A stretch of 64,000 nt of DNA from the NCBI GenBank assembly GCA_963743915.1, contig CAVURN010000001.1, forward strand, positions 352,001 through 416,000. Reading direction: 5' to 3'. A program made the position numbers and the translations under genes. This document shows positions 51,733 through 61,092 of the stretch, in pieces. The notes below the pieces were generated by a model, which saw only the letters and a list, made by a program, of their open reading frames with translations, searched no databases and was not told where the DNA came from. Every line of letters begins with the position of its first letter. The first letter of the stretch is position 1. The stretch is from an uncultured Actinomycetota bacterium. GTDB taxonomy: Bacteria; Actinomycetota; Actinomycetes; JAHEKZ01.

Positions 51733-51764
51733 AGCTCGACAGCGCGGGGTCGGCGAGGGGCGGT

Positions 51765-52739
51765 TCAGGTGACCTCGACGTGGATGTGGTCGAGGTGTCG
51801 TTGCACCGGGTCCTTCTGGTCGCCGAAGGGCGAGACGTAGTCGCGCCAACCTTCGGGCGATCGGCGGGCCGACCAGATCTGGTCGCGGTAGATGATGACG
51901 CCGACGTCGAGCTGGTCGGCGTTGGCGACGAGCCAGTGGGCCAGGGCCCATCCGTGGCGCCGGTTGTCGGCGTCCTGGTAGGGCCGGAAGAACACGTCGA
52001 TCGCCCGTCCCTCTTCGTGCGTGGACGGATTGGGGCGCGTAACGCCTCCGGGAGCGAAGCCGCCGAGGCTCTGCGGCCCGTACGCACTCTCGATGGCGGT
52101 GCGCAGCCGCTGGGCACGCGGGGTGAGGCCGGTCGGCCCGAGCTTCTGCACCTTCTCGGCCTCGGCGCGCACGGTGCAGGTGAGGGAGGCACCGGCGCGT
52201 CCGGTCAGCGCCGCGGAGATGGCCTTGGCCTCGTCGGCGTGCTGCTGGTAGGCGTCGGGATAAGCACTGCGCTGCACGGCCTGCGCGGCGACCGTCACCG
52301 GGAGGCGCTGCCAGCGGTCCACGGCGACAAGCGCGGCGAAGAACCGGTCCGCGGCGTACGTGGGGTCGGTGACCTCCTCGAACGAGCCCCAACCCTGGGA
52401 GGGCCGCTGCTGGAAGAGTCCTGCGCTGTCGTGGTCGCCGTGCGAGATGTTGTACAGCTCGGACTCCTGCATCGCGGTGGCGAGCCCGACGGTCACTGCG
52501 CGTGCTGGCAGGTTGCGTCGATGCGCGACGGCCGCGATCGTCGCGGCGTTCGCGGCCTGTTCGTGGTCGAGTCCGACCTCGCCGTCGGGCCCGGTGACGA
52601 CGCACGTCTCACGGCCCACCAGCGACCCGATCCCGCCCTGCCACCAGACCACCAGACCGGCGACGAGTGCCAGGGGAAGGGCCAACGCCAGGAGCGCGAC
52701 CAGCAGGCCGCGCGAGCGTCGGGGGGCGGGGGAGGACAT
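51765..52739 (-). CDS. Membrane-anchored putative peptidoglycan hydrolase (lysozyme-like domain plus M15-like zinc peptidase domain)
   Basis: LATAMQES, DHDSAGLFQQRPSQGWG, AQAVQRSAYP; C-terminal HEEGRAIDV and HLDHIH. Confidence 0.7.
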   Translation of the reverse strand: MSSPAPRRSRGLLVALLALALPLALVAGLVVWWQGGIGSLVGRETCVVTGPDGEVGLDHEQAANAATIAAVAHRRNLPARAVTVGLATAMQESELYNISHGDHDSAGLFQQRPSQGWGSFEEVTDPTYAADRFFAALVAVDRWQRLPVTVAAQAVQRSAYPDAYQQHADEAKAISAALTGRAGASLTCTVRAEAEKVQKLGPTGLTPRAQRLRTAIESAYGPQSLGGFAPGGVTRPNPSTHEEGRAIDVFFRPYQDADNRRHGWALAHWLVANADQLDVGVIIYRDQIWSARRSPEGWRDYVSPFGDQKDPVQRHLDHIHVEVT

Positions 52740-52832
52740 GGTCCCCCCAGTGTGCGACATGACGAAGGGTGCTCACGAACCCGCGCAGCCGGACGCGCCG
52801 CGCTTCCGCTCCTCGTGTGGCGGATCTCACCC

Positions 52833-53852
52833 TCAGTCGTTGACGTGCAGGTCCTCGTTCAGGCCGCCCCAGGACCCGCTCCTCGTGACCGCCTCGACGG
52901 CGCCGGTGACCGAGTTGCGGCGGAACAGCAGACCGCTCTGCCCGGACAGGTCACGCGCCTTGGCCACGCCACCGTCCGGGGTGGCGACCTTGGTGCCAGC
53001 CGTGACGTAGAGCCCGGCCTCGACGATGCAGTCGTCGCCCAGCGAGATTCCGACACCGGCGTTCGCGCCGATCAGGCAGCGCTCCCCGATCCGGATGACT
53101 TCCTGACCGCCGCCGGACAGCGTCCCCATGATCGACGCGCCACCTCCGACGTCCGAGCCGTCCCCGACGACTACGCCGGAGCTGATGCGGCCCTCGACCA
53201 TGGAGGCGCCGAGGGTGCCGGCGTTGAAGTTGACGAAGCCCTCGTGCATGACGGTGGTGCCGTCGGCGAGGTGCGCGCCGAGCCGCACGCGGTCGGCGTC
53301 AGCGATGCGGACGCCGGTGGGCGTCACGTAGTCGACCATGCGGGGGAACTTGTCGACGCCGTGAATGGTCACCGGTCCTTCCTCCATCAGGCGCAACCGG
53401 GTGACCTCGAAGCCTTCGACAGGGCAGGGGCCGTAGTTGGTCCAGACGACGTTCGACAGCAGCCCGAAGACACCGTCGAGGTTGACCGTGCGCGGTTGCA
53501 CGAGGCGAGCGGACAGCAGATGGAGGCGCAGGTAGGCGTCGTAGGCGTCGGCCGGTGGGACGTCGAGGTCGGCGACGTGGAGCGCGATGAACCTTGTCTG
53601 CACTCCGCGTCGCAGGTCGTGGCCGATGAGGTGGGTGATGACGGCACCGACCAGCTCATGGGCCTCGTCGACCGGCACGGTCACGATCCCCGGACCGGTG
53701 GCGCCGACACGACGCTGCACGGATGCGTCCCAGCCGAGGCCGAGACGGGGGTAGCGCACATCGAGCACGCGGCCGTCGGCTTCGGAGACGGTCGCGATCC
53801 CGATGCCGTAGGCCGCGCGAGTGGGTGAGTCTTCACCTGAGGAGGTCGTCAC
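52833..53852 (-). CDS. dapD: Tetrahydrodipicolinate N-succinyltransferase
   Basis: [44 protein letters not shown]. Confidence 0.95.
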   Translation of the reverse strand: MTTSSGEDSPTRAAYGIGIATVSEADGRVLDVRYPRLGLGWDASVQRRVGATGPGIVTVPVDEAHELVGAVITHLIGHDLRRGVQTRFIALHVADLDVPPADAYDAYLRLHLLSARLVQPRTVNLDGVFGLLSNVVWTNYGPCPVEGFEVTRLRLMEEGPVTIHGVDKFPRMVDYVTPTGVRIADADRVRLGAHLADGTTVMHEGFVNFNAGTLGASMVEGRISSGVVVGDGSDVGGGASIMGTLSGGGQEVIRIGERCLIGANAGVGISLGDDCIVEAGLYVTAGTKVATPDGGVAKARDLSGQSGLLFRRNSVTGAVEAVTRSGSWGGLNEDLHVND

Positions 53853-53869
53853 GTGGCTACGGTACCGAG
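53853..53869. promoter_or_regulatory. Bidirectional leaderless promoter for dapD and dapE
   Basis: TACGGT (+, 53858-53863) and TACCGT (-, 53864-53859), each 6 nt from a GTG start. Confidence 0.7.
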
Positions 53870-54931
53870 GTGGCATCTCTCGATCTGGGACAGGACGTGG
53901 CGTCGCTGACGGCGTCGCTGGTGGACGTGTACTCCGAGAGCGGGCACGAGGCCGAGCTGGCCGACGTCGTCGAGCGAGCGCTGCTGACCCTCCCGCACCT
54001 GACCGTCCACCGTGACGGCGACGCCGTCGTGGCGCGCACCGAGCTGGGCCGAGCCGAGCGGGTGGTGCTCGCCGGGCACCTCGACACCGTCCCGCCGGCT
54101 GACAACTTCCCGTCTCGACGTGAGGGGGACGTCCTACGCGGGCTCGGCAGCGCCGACATGAAGGGCGGCCTGGCCGTGATGCTGCGACTCGCAGTCGCTG
54201 CCGTCGCCCCGGCGCGTGACGTGAGCTACGTCTTCTACGACGGCGAAGAGGTCGAAGCCGAGCGGAACGGACTGCTACGGCTCTCCCGCACCCACCCGGA
54301 CTGGCTCGCGGCCGACTTCGCCGTCCTGCTCGAGCCGACCGACGCCATCGTCGAGGGTGGGTGCCAGGGCACGATGCGCGCCGAGGTGACCGTGCCCGGG
54401 GTGCGGGCCCACAGCGCCCGGTCGTGGATGGGTGTCAACGCGATCCACGAGGCCGCGCACGTGCTGGACCGGCTGCGCGCCTATGAGCCGCGACGACCCG
54501 TCGTCGATGGTCTGGAGTTCCGAGAGGGCCTCAACGCGGTCGGCATCGCTGGAGGCGTCGCCGGGAACGTGATCCCGGGCGAGTGCGTGGTCACCGTCAA
54601 CTTCCGCTTCGCGCCGGACCGCTCGGAGCAAGAGGCCGAGCACCACCTGCGCGAGGTGTTCGAGGGATTCGAGCTACGGATCACCGACAGCGCCCCCGGG
54701 GCGCGTCCCGGGCTCGACCACCCTGCGGCTCGGGCGTTCGCGGCCGCGATCGGGGGGACTCCGCGCGCCAAGTACGGCTGGACGGACGTTGCGCGTTTCT
54801 CGGTGCTCGGTGTGCCGGCCGTCAACTACGGGCCGGGGGACCCCCACGTCGCCCACACTGCCGGGGAGTGGGTTTCGGTGCAGCAGCTCGCCGAGTGCGA
54901 GCAACGCCTGGCCCACTGGTTGCTGGGATGA
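53870..54931 (+). CDS. dapE: Succinyl-diaminopimelate desuccinylase
   Basis: [46 protein letters not shown]. Confidence 0.95.
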   Translation: MASLDLGQDVASLTASLVDVYSESGHEAELADVVERALLTLPHLTVHRDGDAVVARTELGRAERVVLAGHLDTVPPADNFPSRREGDVLRGLGSADMKGGLAVMLRLAVAAVAPARDVSYVFYDGEEVEAERNGLLRLSRTHPDWLAADFAVLLEPTDAIVEGGCQGTMRAEVTVPGVRAHSARSWMGVNAIHEAAHVLDRLRAYEPRRPVVDGLEFREGLNAVGIAGGVAGNVIPGECVVTVNFRFAPDRSEQEAEHHLREVFEGFELRITDSAPGARPGLDHPAARAFAAAIGGTPRAKYGWTDVARFSVLGVPAVNYGPGDPHVAHTAGEWVSVQQLAECEQRLAHWLLG

Positions 54932-54983
54932 ACGAATCCCCACCGGTCCAGTCCTGACGGTCGGCATCGCCCTGGAGGCATGT

Positions 54984-55018
54984 CTGAGCCCCCGTCTGCG
55001 GTGCAGACGGGGGCTCAG
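54984..55018. terminator. Perfect 16-bp stem-loop between convergent dapE and yceI
   Basis: CTGAGCCCCCGTCTGC-GGT-GCAGACGGGGGCTCAG. Confidence 0.75.
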
Positions 55019-55093
55019 CGGCCGCGATGGGTGCGGCGTGTCCTTCGATCTACGGGAGCGGTGTCACACCGCACCCGCAGGGGTGGGGCGGGG

Positions 55094-55675
55094 TCAGGCG
55101 CTCGCGTCGTCCTGCTGCTTCACGGCGGAGACGTCCAGGGTGATCTTGACCTTGTCGCTCACGAGGACGCCGCCGGCCTCGAGGGCCACGTTCCAGGTGA
55201 GGCCGAAGTCCTTACGGCTGATCACCGTCTCGCCAGAGAAGCCGATGCGCTCGTTGCCGAAGGGGTCGGTGGCCAGGCCCTCGAGCTCGACCTCGAGCTC
55301 GACCGGACGCGTGGTGCCGCGGATGGTGAGGTCGCCCGCCATCACGAAGTCGTCGCCGCCCTCGTGCTTGACGCCGGTGGAGCGGAAGGTCATGTCGGGG
55401 TGCGTCTCCACGTCGAGGAAGTCGGCGGACCGTACGTGGTTGTCGCGGTCCTCGCTGTTGGTGTTGATGCTGGCGGTGGAGATGGTGACCTCGGCGACCG
55501 AGGCGGCCGGGTTCGACCCGTCCAGGGTCAGGGAGCCGGAGAAGTCGGTGAACTGGCCGCGGACGGTGGCGACCATGGCGTGCTTGGCGGAGAAGCCGAC
55601 GCGGCTGTGGCTGGGGTCGATGACCCAGGTGCCGGTGGTCTGCTCGAGGCCGGTGGCGAGGGAGGTGCTGGACAT
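55094..55675 (-). CDS. YceI family polyisoprenoid-binding protein
   Basis: WVIDPSHS, VRGQF, RDNHVRSADFL, GDLTIRG, RKDFGLTWN; GGAGG RBS. Confidence 0.93.
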   Translation of the reverse strand: MSSTSLATGLEQTTGTWVIDPSHSRVGFSAKHAMVATVRGQFTDFSGSLTLDGSNPAASVAEVTISTASINTNSEDRDNHVRSADFLDVETHPDMTFRSTGVKHEGGDDFVMAGDLTIRGTTRPVELEVELEGLATDPFGNERIGFSGETVISRKDFGLTWNVALEAGGVLVSDKVKITLDVSAVKQQDDASA

Positions 55676-55717
55676 GGGGTCCTCCAGGACGATGGGGTTG
55701 GTTTCTTGATCATTCAG

Positions 55718-55752
55718 TTGTTGAACGCTAAGTAGTTGAGCGCGCAATTACT
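55718..55752. promoter_or_regulatory. MarR-family (RosR-like) operator upstream of yceI
   Basis: AGTAGTTG-AGCGCG-CAATTACT inverted repeat plus an adjacent TTGTTGA half-site in an AT-rich patch. Confidence 0.6.
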
Positions 55753-55814
55753 ACTCTAACACGGCGGAGGCACCACCGCATTCCCAGGGTTCGGGACCGC
55801 GTTAGCGTGTCGCC

Positions 55815-56711
55815 ATGACCGACCGTGAACCGTCTGACCCCGGCACCCCTCTCGACGACAAGGGCCGCCCGCTCGTCAGTGCCGACGGGTCCGGCCGCCC
55901 GCACGAGAAGCGCCGCGGGCCGGTGGTGCTTCGCCGGTCGCAGATGCAGCGCAGCACGACCGACCAGCGCCTGCTGGACTCGCGCGGTCCCACCGACTGG
56001 GTGCACGCCGACCCCTGGCGGGTACTCCGGATCCAGGCGGAGTTCGTCGAGGGCTTCGGCACCCTGGCCGAGCTGGGGCCGGCGATCAGCGTCTTCGGCT
56101 CGGCCCGGGTGCGGCGGGACACGCCCGACTACGAGCGGGCCAGAGCGGTCGGCGCCGGCCTGGCGCGGGCCGGATATGCCGTCATCACCGGTGGCGGTCC
56201 CGGCATCATGGAGGCGGTGAACCGGGGGGCGGTGGACGCCGGCGGCGTCTCGGTGGGTCTCGGGATCGAGCTGCCCTTCGAGCAGACGCTCAACCCGTTC
56301 GTCGACATCGGGGTGCACTTCCGGTACTTCTTCGCCCGCAAGACGATGTTCGTGAAGTACGCGCGCGGGTTCATCGTGCTTCCGGGCGGGTTCGGCACCA
56401 TGGACGAGCTGTTCGAGGCCATGACGCTGGTGCAGACGCAGAAGGTCACGGCCTTCCCCATCATCCTCATCGGCTCGGACTACTGGAGCGGCCTGCTCAC
56501 CTGGCTCCGGGAGACGATGGTGGCCGAGGGCAAGGCGTCCGAGCAGGACCTCCACCTGTTCCAGGTCGTCGACGACGTCGACGAGGCGGTCGAGCTGATC
56601 CGCCGCACCGAGGCGGACCGCAGCCCGCTGCGCCAGGAGGAGCTGGACGCCGTCATGGTCAAGGAGGAGGCCGAGCGGCGGGCGGCCAGCAACCCGCTGA
56701 TGGGCATCTAG
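55815..56711 (+). CDS. LOG family (TIGR00730) nucleotide phosphoribohydrolase
   Basis: WRVLRIQAEFVEGF, VFGSAR, TGGGPGIM, RYFFARKTMF, PGGFGTMDE. Confidence 0.94.
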   Translation: MTDREPSDPGTPLDDKGRPLVSADGSGRPHEKRRGPVVLRRSQMQRSTTDQRLLDSRGPTDWVHADPWRVLRIQAEFVEGFGTLAELGPAISVFGSARVRRDTPDYERARAVGAGLARAGYAVITGGGPGIMEAVNRGAVDAGGVSVGLGIELPFEQTLNPFVDIGVHFRYFFARKTMFVKYARGFIVLPGGFGTMDELFEAMTLVQTQKVTAFPIILIGSDYWSGLLTWLRETMVAEGKASEQDLHLFQVVDDVDEAVELIRRTEADRSPLRQEELDAVMVKEEAERRAASNPLMGI

Positions 56712-56807
56712 TCAGGCGGACAACCTGCCGATATCTGCCAGGTGGACCATCCGTCACCGGGCCGCCCCAACGGCGGTGCGCGCCGTCGGCCTGCGCGTCG
56801 AACGGCG

Positions 56808-58166
56808 GTGTCGAGACGCGTCCGACGGGTGGGGCGCGTCTCCCGCAACACAGTGCTCCGGCGGTTCTGGGTCTCGCAGATGGTCAGCGAGATCGGCGAC
56901 TGGATCGGACTGCTCGGCGTCGCTGCCCTGCTGTACGAACGCACGGGGCAGGCCGTCATGGCAGCGGCCAGCCTCGCCGCGCTGTACCTGCCCTACCTGT
57001 TCAGCCCGTGGCTGGTCGGCTGGACGGCGAGGATCCCTCCCCGCACCCTGCTGATCGGCGCCGACGTGCTGCGGGCCGGACTGATCCTGCTCCTCCTGCT
57101 GCCCATGCCTGCCTGGGCGCTGCTCGCGGTCGCTTTCCTGGCGTCCATCCCGACCTCGGTCTACGAGGCCACCCGCGCCGCTGCCGTCCCGGAGTACGCC
57201 CCGGACGACGAGACCCGCGAGGACGCCCTGGTGCTCTTCCAGTCGACGCAGCAGGCCGCCAACATGATCGGCTTCCTGCTCGGCGGCGCAGCCCTGGCGC
57301 TGATGGGGTTCGGTGCCGCCATCGGCCTGAACGCCCTCTCCTTCCTGGTGTCCGGGCTCCTGCTGCTCGGCGTCCCCCGTCTCGCCCCCTTCGCTGATGG
57401 TGCCGAGACCGCACGAGGTCTGCTCCGCAGCGGTGTCGGTGCGCTGCGCCGGCAGACGACGCTGCGGCGGGCGGTGCTGCTCTCGGTCGTGAGCGCGAGC
57501 ACGATCATGGCCGGCGAGGCGCTGGTGGTGGTCTACGGGACCGACATCGGCCACCCGGGTTTCGCCGGCCCGCTCGCGGCCATCACCGCGATGGTCGCGG
57601 CGACCCTCGGACTGATGCTTCCGCGCCACAGCGGCAGCCAGGACCTGATGCGCGTCGCTGCAGGCACCATGGTCGGCGGGTCGGTGATCGCCGTCCTCGG
57701 CTTCATGGTGGCCCCCAGCACCGTGGCGGGCATCGTCGCCTACATCGGTCTGGGCATCGTCAGTGCTCCCGGAGCGCTCACCTACGTCGTGGCGGTGCGC
57801 GAGATGCGAGCGGCGATCCGCGGACCCGTGTTCGCCCTGGTGCAGGTGGCGATGATGGGCGGACAGGCGGCTGTGGCGGTCCTGGCCGGTGACCTGGCCG
57901 ACCGGACGTCGGTGGGAACCGCGGTGGCCCTCTGGCAGACCCCGACCGTCCTGCTCGGCGCCTGGATCCTCCTCGCCTCCGTCGCCCTGGCCGGCTGGCA
58001 GCGGGTGCGCACGTCAGGCGGCTCTGCGGCTACGCCAGACCCCGTCGCGCCACCGCCGGCTCCGACGTTCCCGCCACGGCCGACACCATCTCCAGCACCT
58101 GCCGCGTCTCCAGCGGCTGGTGCACCCGGAACACCTGGGCTCCCATCCACGCCGCGAGGGCAGTGA
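56808..58166 (+). CDS. MFS transporter (start uncertain)
   Basis: FWVSQMVSEIGDW, LIGADVLRA, LNALSFLVS; about 12 TMs. Confidence 0.82.
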   Translation: MSRRVRRVGRVSRNTVLRRFWVSQMVSEIGDWIGLLGVAALLYERTGQAVMAAASLAALYLPYLFSPWLVGWTARIPPRTLLIGADVLRAGLILLLLLPMPAWALLAVAFLASIPTSVYEATRAAAVPEYAPDDETREDALVLFQSTQQAANMIGFLLGGAALALMGFGAAIGLNALSFLVSGLLLLGVPRLAPFADGAETARGLLRSGVGALRRQTTLRRAVLLSVVSASTIMAGEALVVVYGTDIGHPGFAGPLAAITAMVAATLGLMLPRHSGSQDLMRVAAGTMVGGSVIAVLGFMVAPSTVAGIVAYIGLGIVSAPGALTYVVAVREMRAAIRGPVFALVQVAMMGGQAAVAVLAGDLADRTSVGTAVALWQTPTVLLGAWILLASVALAGWQRVRTSGGSAATPDPVAPPPAPTFPPRPTPSPAPAASPAAGAPGTPGLPSTPRGQ

Positions 58167-58905
58167 CCGCCAACGTCCCGACCAGGCGTTCGCCGACCGG
58201 ACGGTCGAGGGTCTCGCCGACGAAGTCCTTGTTCGACAGGGACACGAGGACGGGACGTCCCGTGGCCACCAACCGGTCGAGGTGGCGGGTGACGGCCAAC
58301 GAGTGGCGGGTGTTCTTGCCGAAGTCGTGACCGGGGTCGATGAGGATCGACTCGGCACGCACGCCCGCGCTCTCCGCCCGGGCGGCCTCAGCCTCGAGAA
58401 AGTCGAGCACTGCTCCCACGACGTCGTGGTACTCCACCCGATGAGGTCGCGTGCGGGGGGCGGCGCCACCGGTGTGGGTGCAGACGAGACCGACGCCGTG
58501 GTGGGCGGCGACGTGGGCGAGCTCGGGGTCGTACCCGCCCCACGCGTCGTTGAGCAGGTCGGCGCCGACTCGACAGACGGCGTCGGCGACCTCGTGCCGC
58601 CAGGTGTCGACGCTGATGACGACGTCGGGGTGCCGGTCCCGCACCGCCGCCACGAAGTCGACGGTGCGATCGAGCTCCTCGCGGACGTCGACGTCGGCGC
58701 CGGGGCCGGCCTTCACCCCACCGATGTCCACGATCTCGGCTCCGGCGGCCACCGCGGCGTCGACGGCGGCCAGGGCTGCCGGGTCGTCGAAGGTGCTGCC
58801 CCGGTCGTAGAACGAGTCGGGCGTCCGGTTGACGATCGCCATCACGAGCCGGTGTTCCGGTCCGAAGACGCGATCGCGCAGGTGCAGCTGCTGCGGCTGG
58901 GCCAC
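58030..58905 (-). CDS. folP: Dihydropteroate synthase (FolP2 type)
   Basis: MAIVNRTPDSFYD, DIGGVKAG, ISVDTW, DPGHDFGK, SLSNKDF, FRVH; GGGAGG RBS. Confidence 0.92.
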   Translation of the reverse strand: MAQPQQLHLRDRVFGPEHRLVMAIVNRTPDSFYDRGSTFDDPAALAAVDAAVAAGAEIVDIGGVKAGPGADVDVREELDRTVDFVAAVRDRHPDVVISVDTWRHEVADAVCRVGADLLNDAWGGYDPELAHVAAHHGVGLVCTHTGGAAPRTRPHRVEYHDVVGAVLDFLEAEAARAESAGVRAESILIDPGHDFGKNTRHSLAVTRHLDRLVATGRPVLVSLSNKDFVGETLDRPVGERLVGTLAVTALAAWMGAQVFRVHQPLETRQVLEMVSAVAGTSEPAVARRGLA

Positions 58906-59005
58906 CGTCACTCCTCCCTGCGAGCCGGCCGTCGCGCGCCGACCGGGCGGGCCGACCGGTCGCCGGCGTGGCACCATCGTGTCGCACCGTGAGGAGGCGC
59001 TCGAC

Positions 59006-59284
59006 ATGTGGATTCCGCTGATGTGGCTGGTGGTGGTCACCGCGTTGGTGGCCGGCGTCGTGGTGCTGGCGCTCGGGCGCGGCGAGGGTCTGCCCGAGCA
59101 GGAGCCGGACGACGTCATCGTGAAGCTGCCCCAAGGACGCCCGATGGTCGCCTCCGACGTGGAGACCCTCCGGCTCCCACTGGCCATGCGCGGGTACCAG
59201 ATGTCCGCGGTCGACGAGGTGCTCGACCGGCTGGCCGCCGAGATCGCGCTCCGGGATGCACAGATCCGGGATCTGCAGAGGTGA
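59006..59284 (+). CDS. DivIVA domain-containing membrane protein
   Basis: N-terminal TM; RGYQMSAVDEVLDRL; GAGGAGG RBS. Confidence 0.88.
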   Translation: MWIPLMWLVVVTALVAGVVVLALGRGEGLPEQEPDDVIVKLPQGRPMVASDVETLRLPLAMRGYQMSAVDEVLDRLAAEIALRDAQIRDLQR

Positions 59285-59730
59285 CCGCTGACATCACCGT
59301 CGACGTCATCGTCGACGCCGAACCGCGGGTGGTGTGGGAGGCGGTGACGGACTGGCCCCGGCAGTCGGAGTGGATGCTGGGCACCGAGGTGCGGGCGACC
59401 GAGCAGGGTGGCGTCGGCGTCGGCGGCGGGATCGAGGCCTTCACCGGTGTCGGACGACTCGGCTTCCTCGACACGATGGTCATCACCGAGTGGGACCCCC
59501 CACATCGCTGCGTCGTCCGCCACACCGGCGCGTTCGTGCAGGGACTCGGCATCTTCGAGGTTCTCGCCCTGCCCCAGGGGCGATCGCGATTCGTCTGGGC
59601 CGAGCAGCTCGACCTCCCACTGGGGCGCCTGGGTCAGCTCGCCTGGCCGGTGGTGCGTCCCGGGTTCGCGTGGGGAGTGCGGCGCAGCCTCGAGGCTCTC
59701 GCCGCCGACGTGGAACGTGCGGGGCGCTGA
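59281..59730 (+). CDS. SRPBCC family protein
   Basis: VWEAVTDWPRQSEWM, FLDTMVITEWDPP..C.VRH.G. Confidence 0.85.
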   Translation: MTADITVDVIVDAEPRVVWEAVTDWPRQSEWMLGTEVRATEQGGVGVGGGIEAFTGVGRLGFLDTMVITEWDPPHRCVVRHTGAFVQGLGIFEVLALPQGRSRFVWAEQLDLPLGRLGQLAWPVVRPGFAWGVRRSLEALAADVERAGR

Positions 59731-59841
59731 ACCGGCGAGCTCAGCCCGCCCCGTCTGCTCCTGCGACGGTACGGAATAATGGTGCGAACTGTGCCGCGCG
59801 GGTGACGTGCGGCCCGTGCCCGACCTGAAAGGGGTATGCCC

Positions 59842-60009
59842 ATGGCGGCCATGAAGCCGCGTACCGGCGACGGTCCGCTCGAGGTGACCAAGGAAGGTCG
59901 CGGCATCGTGATGCGTGTTCCGCTCGAGGGCGGTGGCCGTCTTGTGGTCGAGCTCAACGCGGACGAGGCCAAGGACCTCGGCGACCAGCTCGTCGCCGTC
60001 GTCGGCTGA
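59842..60009 (+). CDS. DUF3117 domain protein (not in the ORF track)
   Basis: MAAMKPRTGDGPLEVTKEGRGIVMRVPLEGGGRLVVEL. Confidence 0.95.
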   Translation: MAAMKPRTGDGPLEVTKEGRGIVMRVPLEGGGRLVVELNADEAKDLGDQLVAVVG

Positions 60010-60356
60010 TGTTCGGCCTGTCGGTCCGGTGGTCGCTGAAGGACGCCGGCCCTGACGCAGCGCAGCAGCTGCGCGACTACGTGGTGCAGACATCCCTGGC
60101 CCGTTTCTCGGGCATGGAGGGGCTGCACTTCAAGACCTGGCGGATGGTCGAGGGCGAGTGGTTCGAGGGAACCTACGTCTTCGCCACCGTGGAGGACCGC
60201 GACCATTTCCTCGCCGGCTTCATGCCCGGTGAGGCCAACGCTCCGGGATCCCTGCTGATCGGCTCGCCCCCGATCGCCTATGAGCCCTTCGAGGTCGTGG
60301 CGGTCGCCGAGGGCGCCGCCGGCTTCGCCACCGGCCCAGGACCGGGCTCAGCCTGA
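60009..60356 (+). CDS. Hypothetical protein, possibly YdhR/ABM-like alpha-beta barrel
   Basis: GLHFKTW...FEGTYVF pattern; TGATG coupling to DUF3117. Confidence 0.6.
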   Translation: MFGLSVRWSLKDAGPDAAQQLRDYVVQTSLARFSGMEGLHFKTWRMVEGEWFEGTYVFATVEDRDHFLAGFMPGEANAPGSLLIGSPPIAYEPFEVVAVAEGAAGFATGPGPGSA

Positions 60357-60380
60357 ACCGACCCTCGTGGTCGCCCCGCT

Positions 60381-61037
60381 CTACTCGCCGTCGCCGGCGC
60401 TCGCCTTGCGGGCGACGAGCAGCCCGTCACCCACCGGCAGCAGCAGGGGCTGGATCCGCTCGTCCTCACGCGTGGCGTTGACCAGCAGCCGGACCGCCAC
60501 GGTGGAGGGGTCGCGTTGCGCCGGGTCGGGCACCTTGCCGTCGGCCAGGGCGTGCTCGAAGGCGACGATGCCACCGGGGCGCAGCAGACGCAGACCCTCC
60601 TCCAGGTACCGGTCGTACTCGCGGACGTCGCCGTTGAAGAAGGCGAGGTCGTAGCCCCCGTCGGCCAGTCGGGAGAGCACCTCCAGCGGACGTCCCGTGA
60701 TCAGTCGCACCCGCTGGGTCGGTATCCCGGCGTCGCCGAAGGACCGGCGCGCCGCTCTGGTGCTCTCGGCGTCCTCGTCGACCGTCGTGAGGATGCCGTC
60801 AGCGGTCATGCCCCCGAGCATCCAGAGACCCGACACCCCGGCACCGCTGCCGATCTCGGCGACCGTGCGGGCCCCGACGAGCTGGCACAGCCACCGAAGG
60901 ACCGCACCGGTGGCCGGGGCGACCGTCGCGAGCCCGATCTCGTCGGCGCGGCTGCGGGCGGCTTCGAGGTGCTCGTCCTCGGCGCGGTACTCGTCGATGA
61001 AGAGTCGGGTGGCGCGGCTGGCCTCGTCGATGCTGAT
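60381..61037 (-). CDS. SAM-dependent O-methyltransferase (Rv1220c-like); probable ATC start
   Basis: AEIGSGAGVSGLW, LTTVD, GYDLAF, LLRPGG, LLLPVGDGLL. Confidence 0.88.
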   Translation of the reverse strand: MSIDEASRATRLFIDEYRAEDEHLEAARSRADEIGLATVAPATGAVLRWLCQLVGARTVAEIGSGAGVSGLWMLGGMTADGILTTVDEDAESTRAARRSFGDAGIPTQRVRLITGRPLEVLSRLADGGYDLAFFNGDVREYDRYLEEGLRLLRPGGIVAFEHALADGKVPDPAQRDPSTVAVRLLVNATREDERIQPLLLPVGDGLLVARKASAGDGE

Positions 61038-61092
61038 GGCGGCCTCCAGGCGTCCTCGGTCTGCGCTCGGTCGTGCGCGCCCGACCTTATCT

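Noticed and set aside
51336-53828. 830-aa plus-strand ORF
   Set aside because: Antisense to the hydrolase and dapD genes.
58906-60093. Long N-terminal extension of folP in the ORF track
   Set aside because: Antisense to the DivIVA, SRPBCC and DUF3117 genes; folP has its own RBS near 58912.
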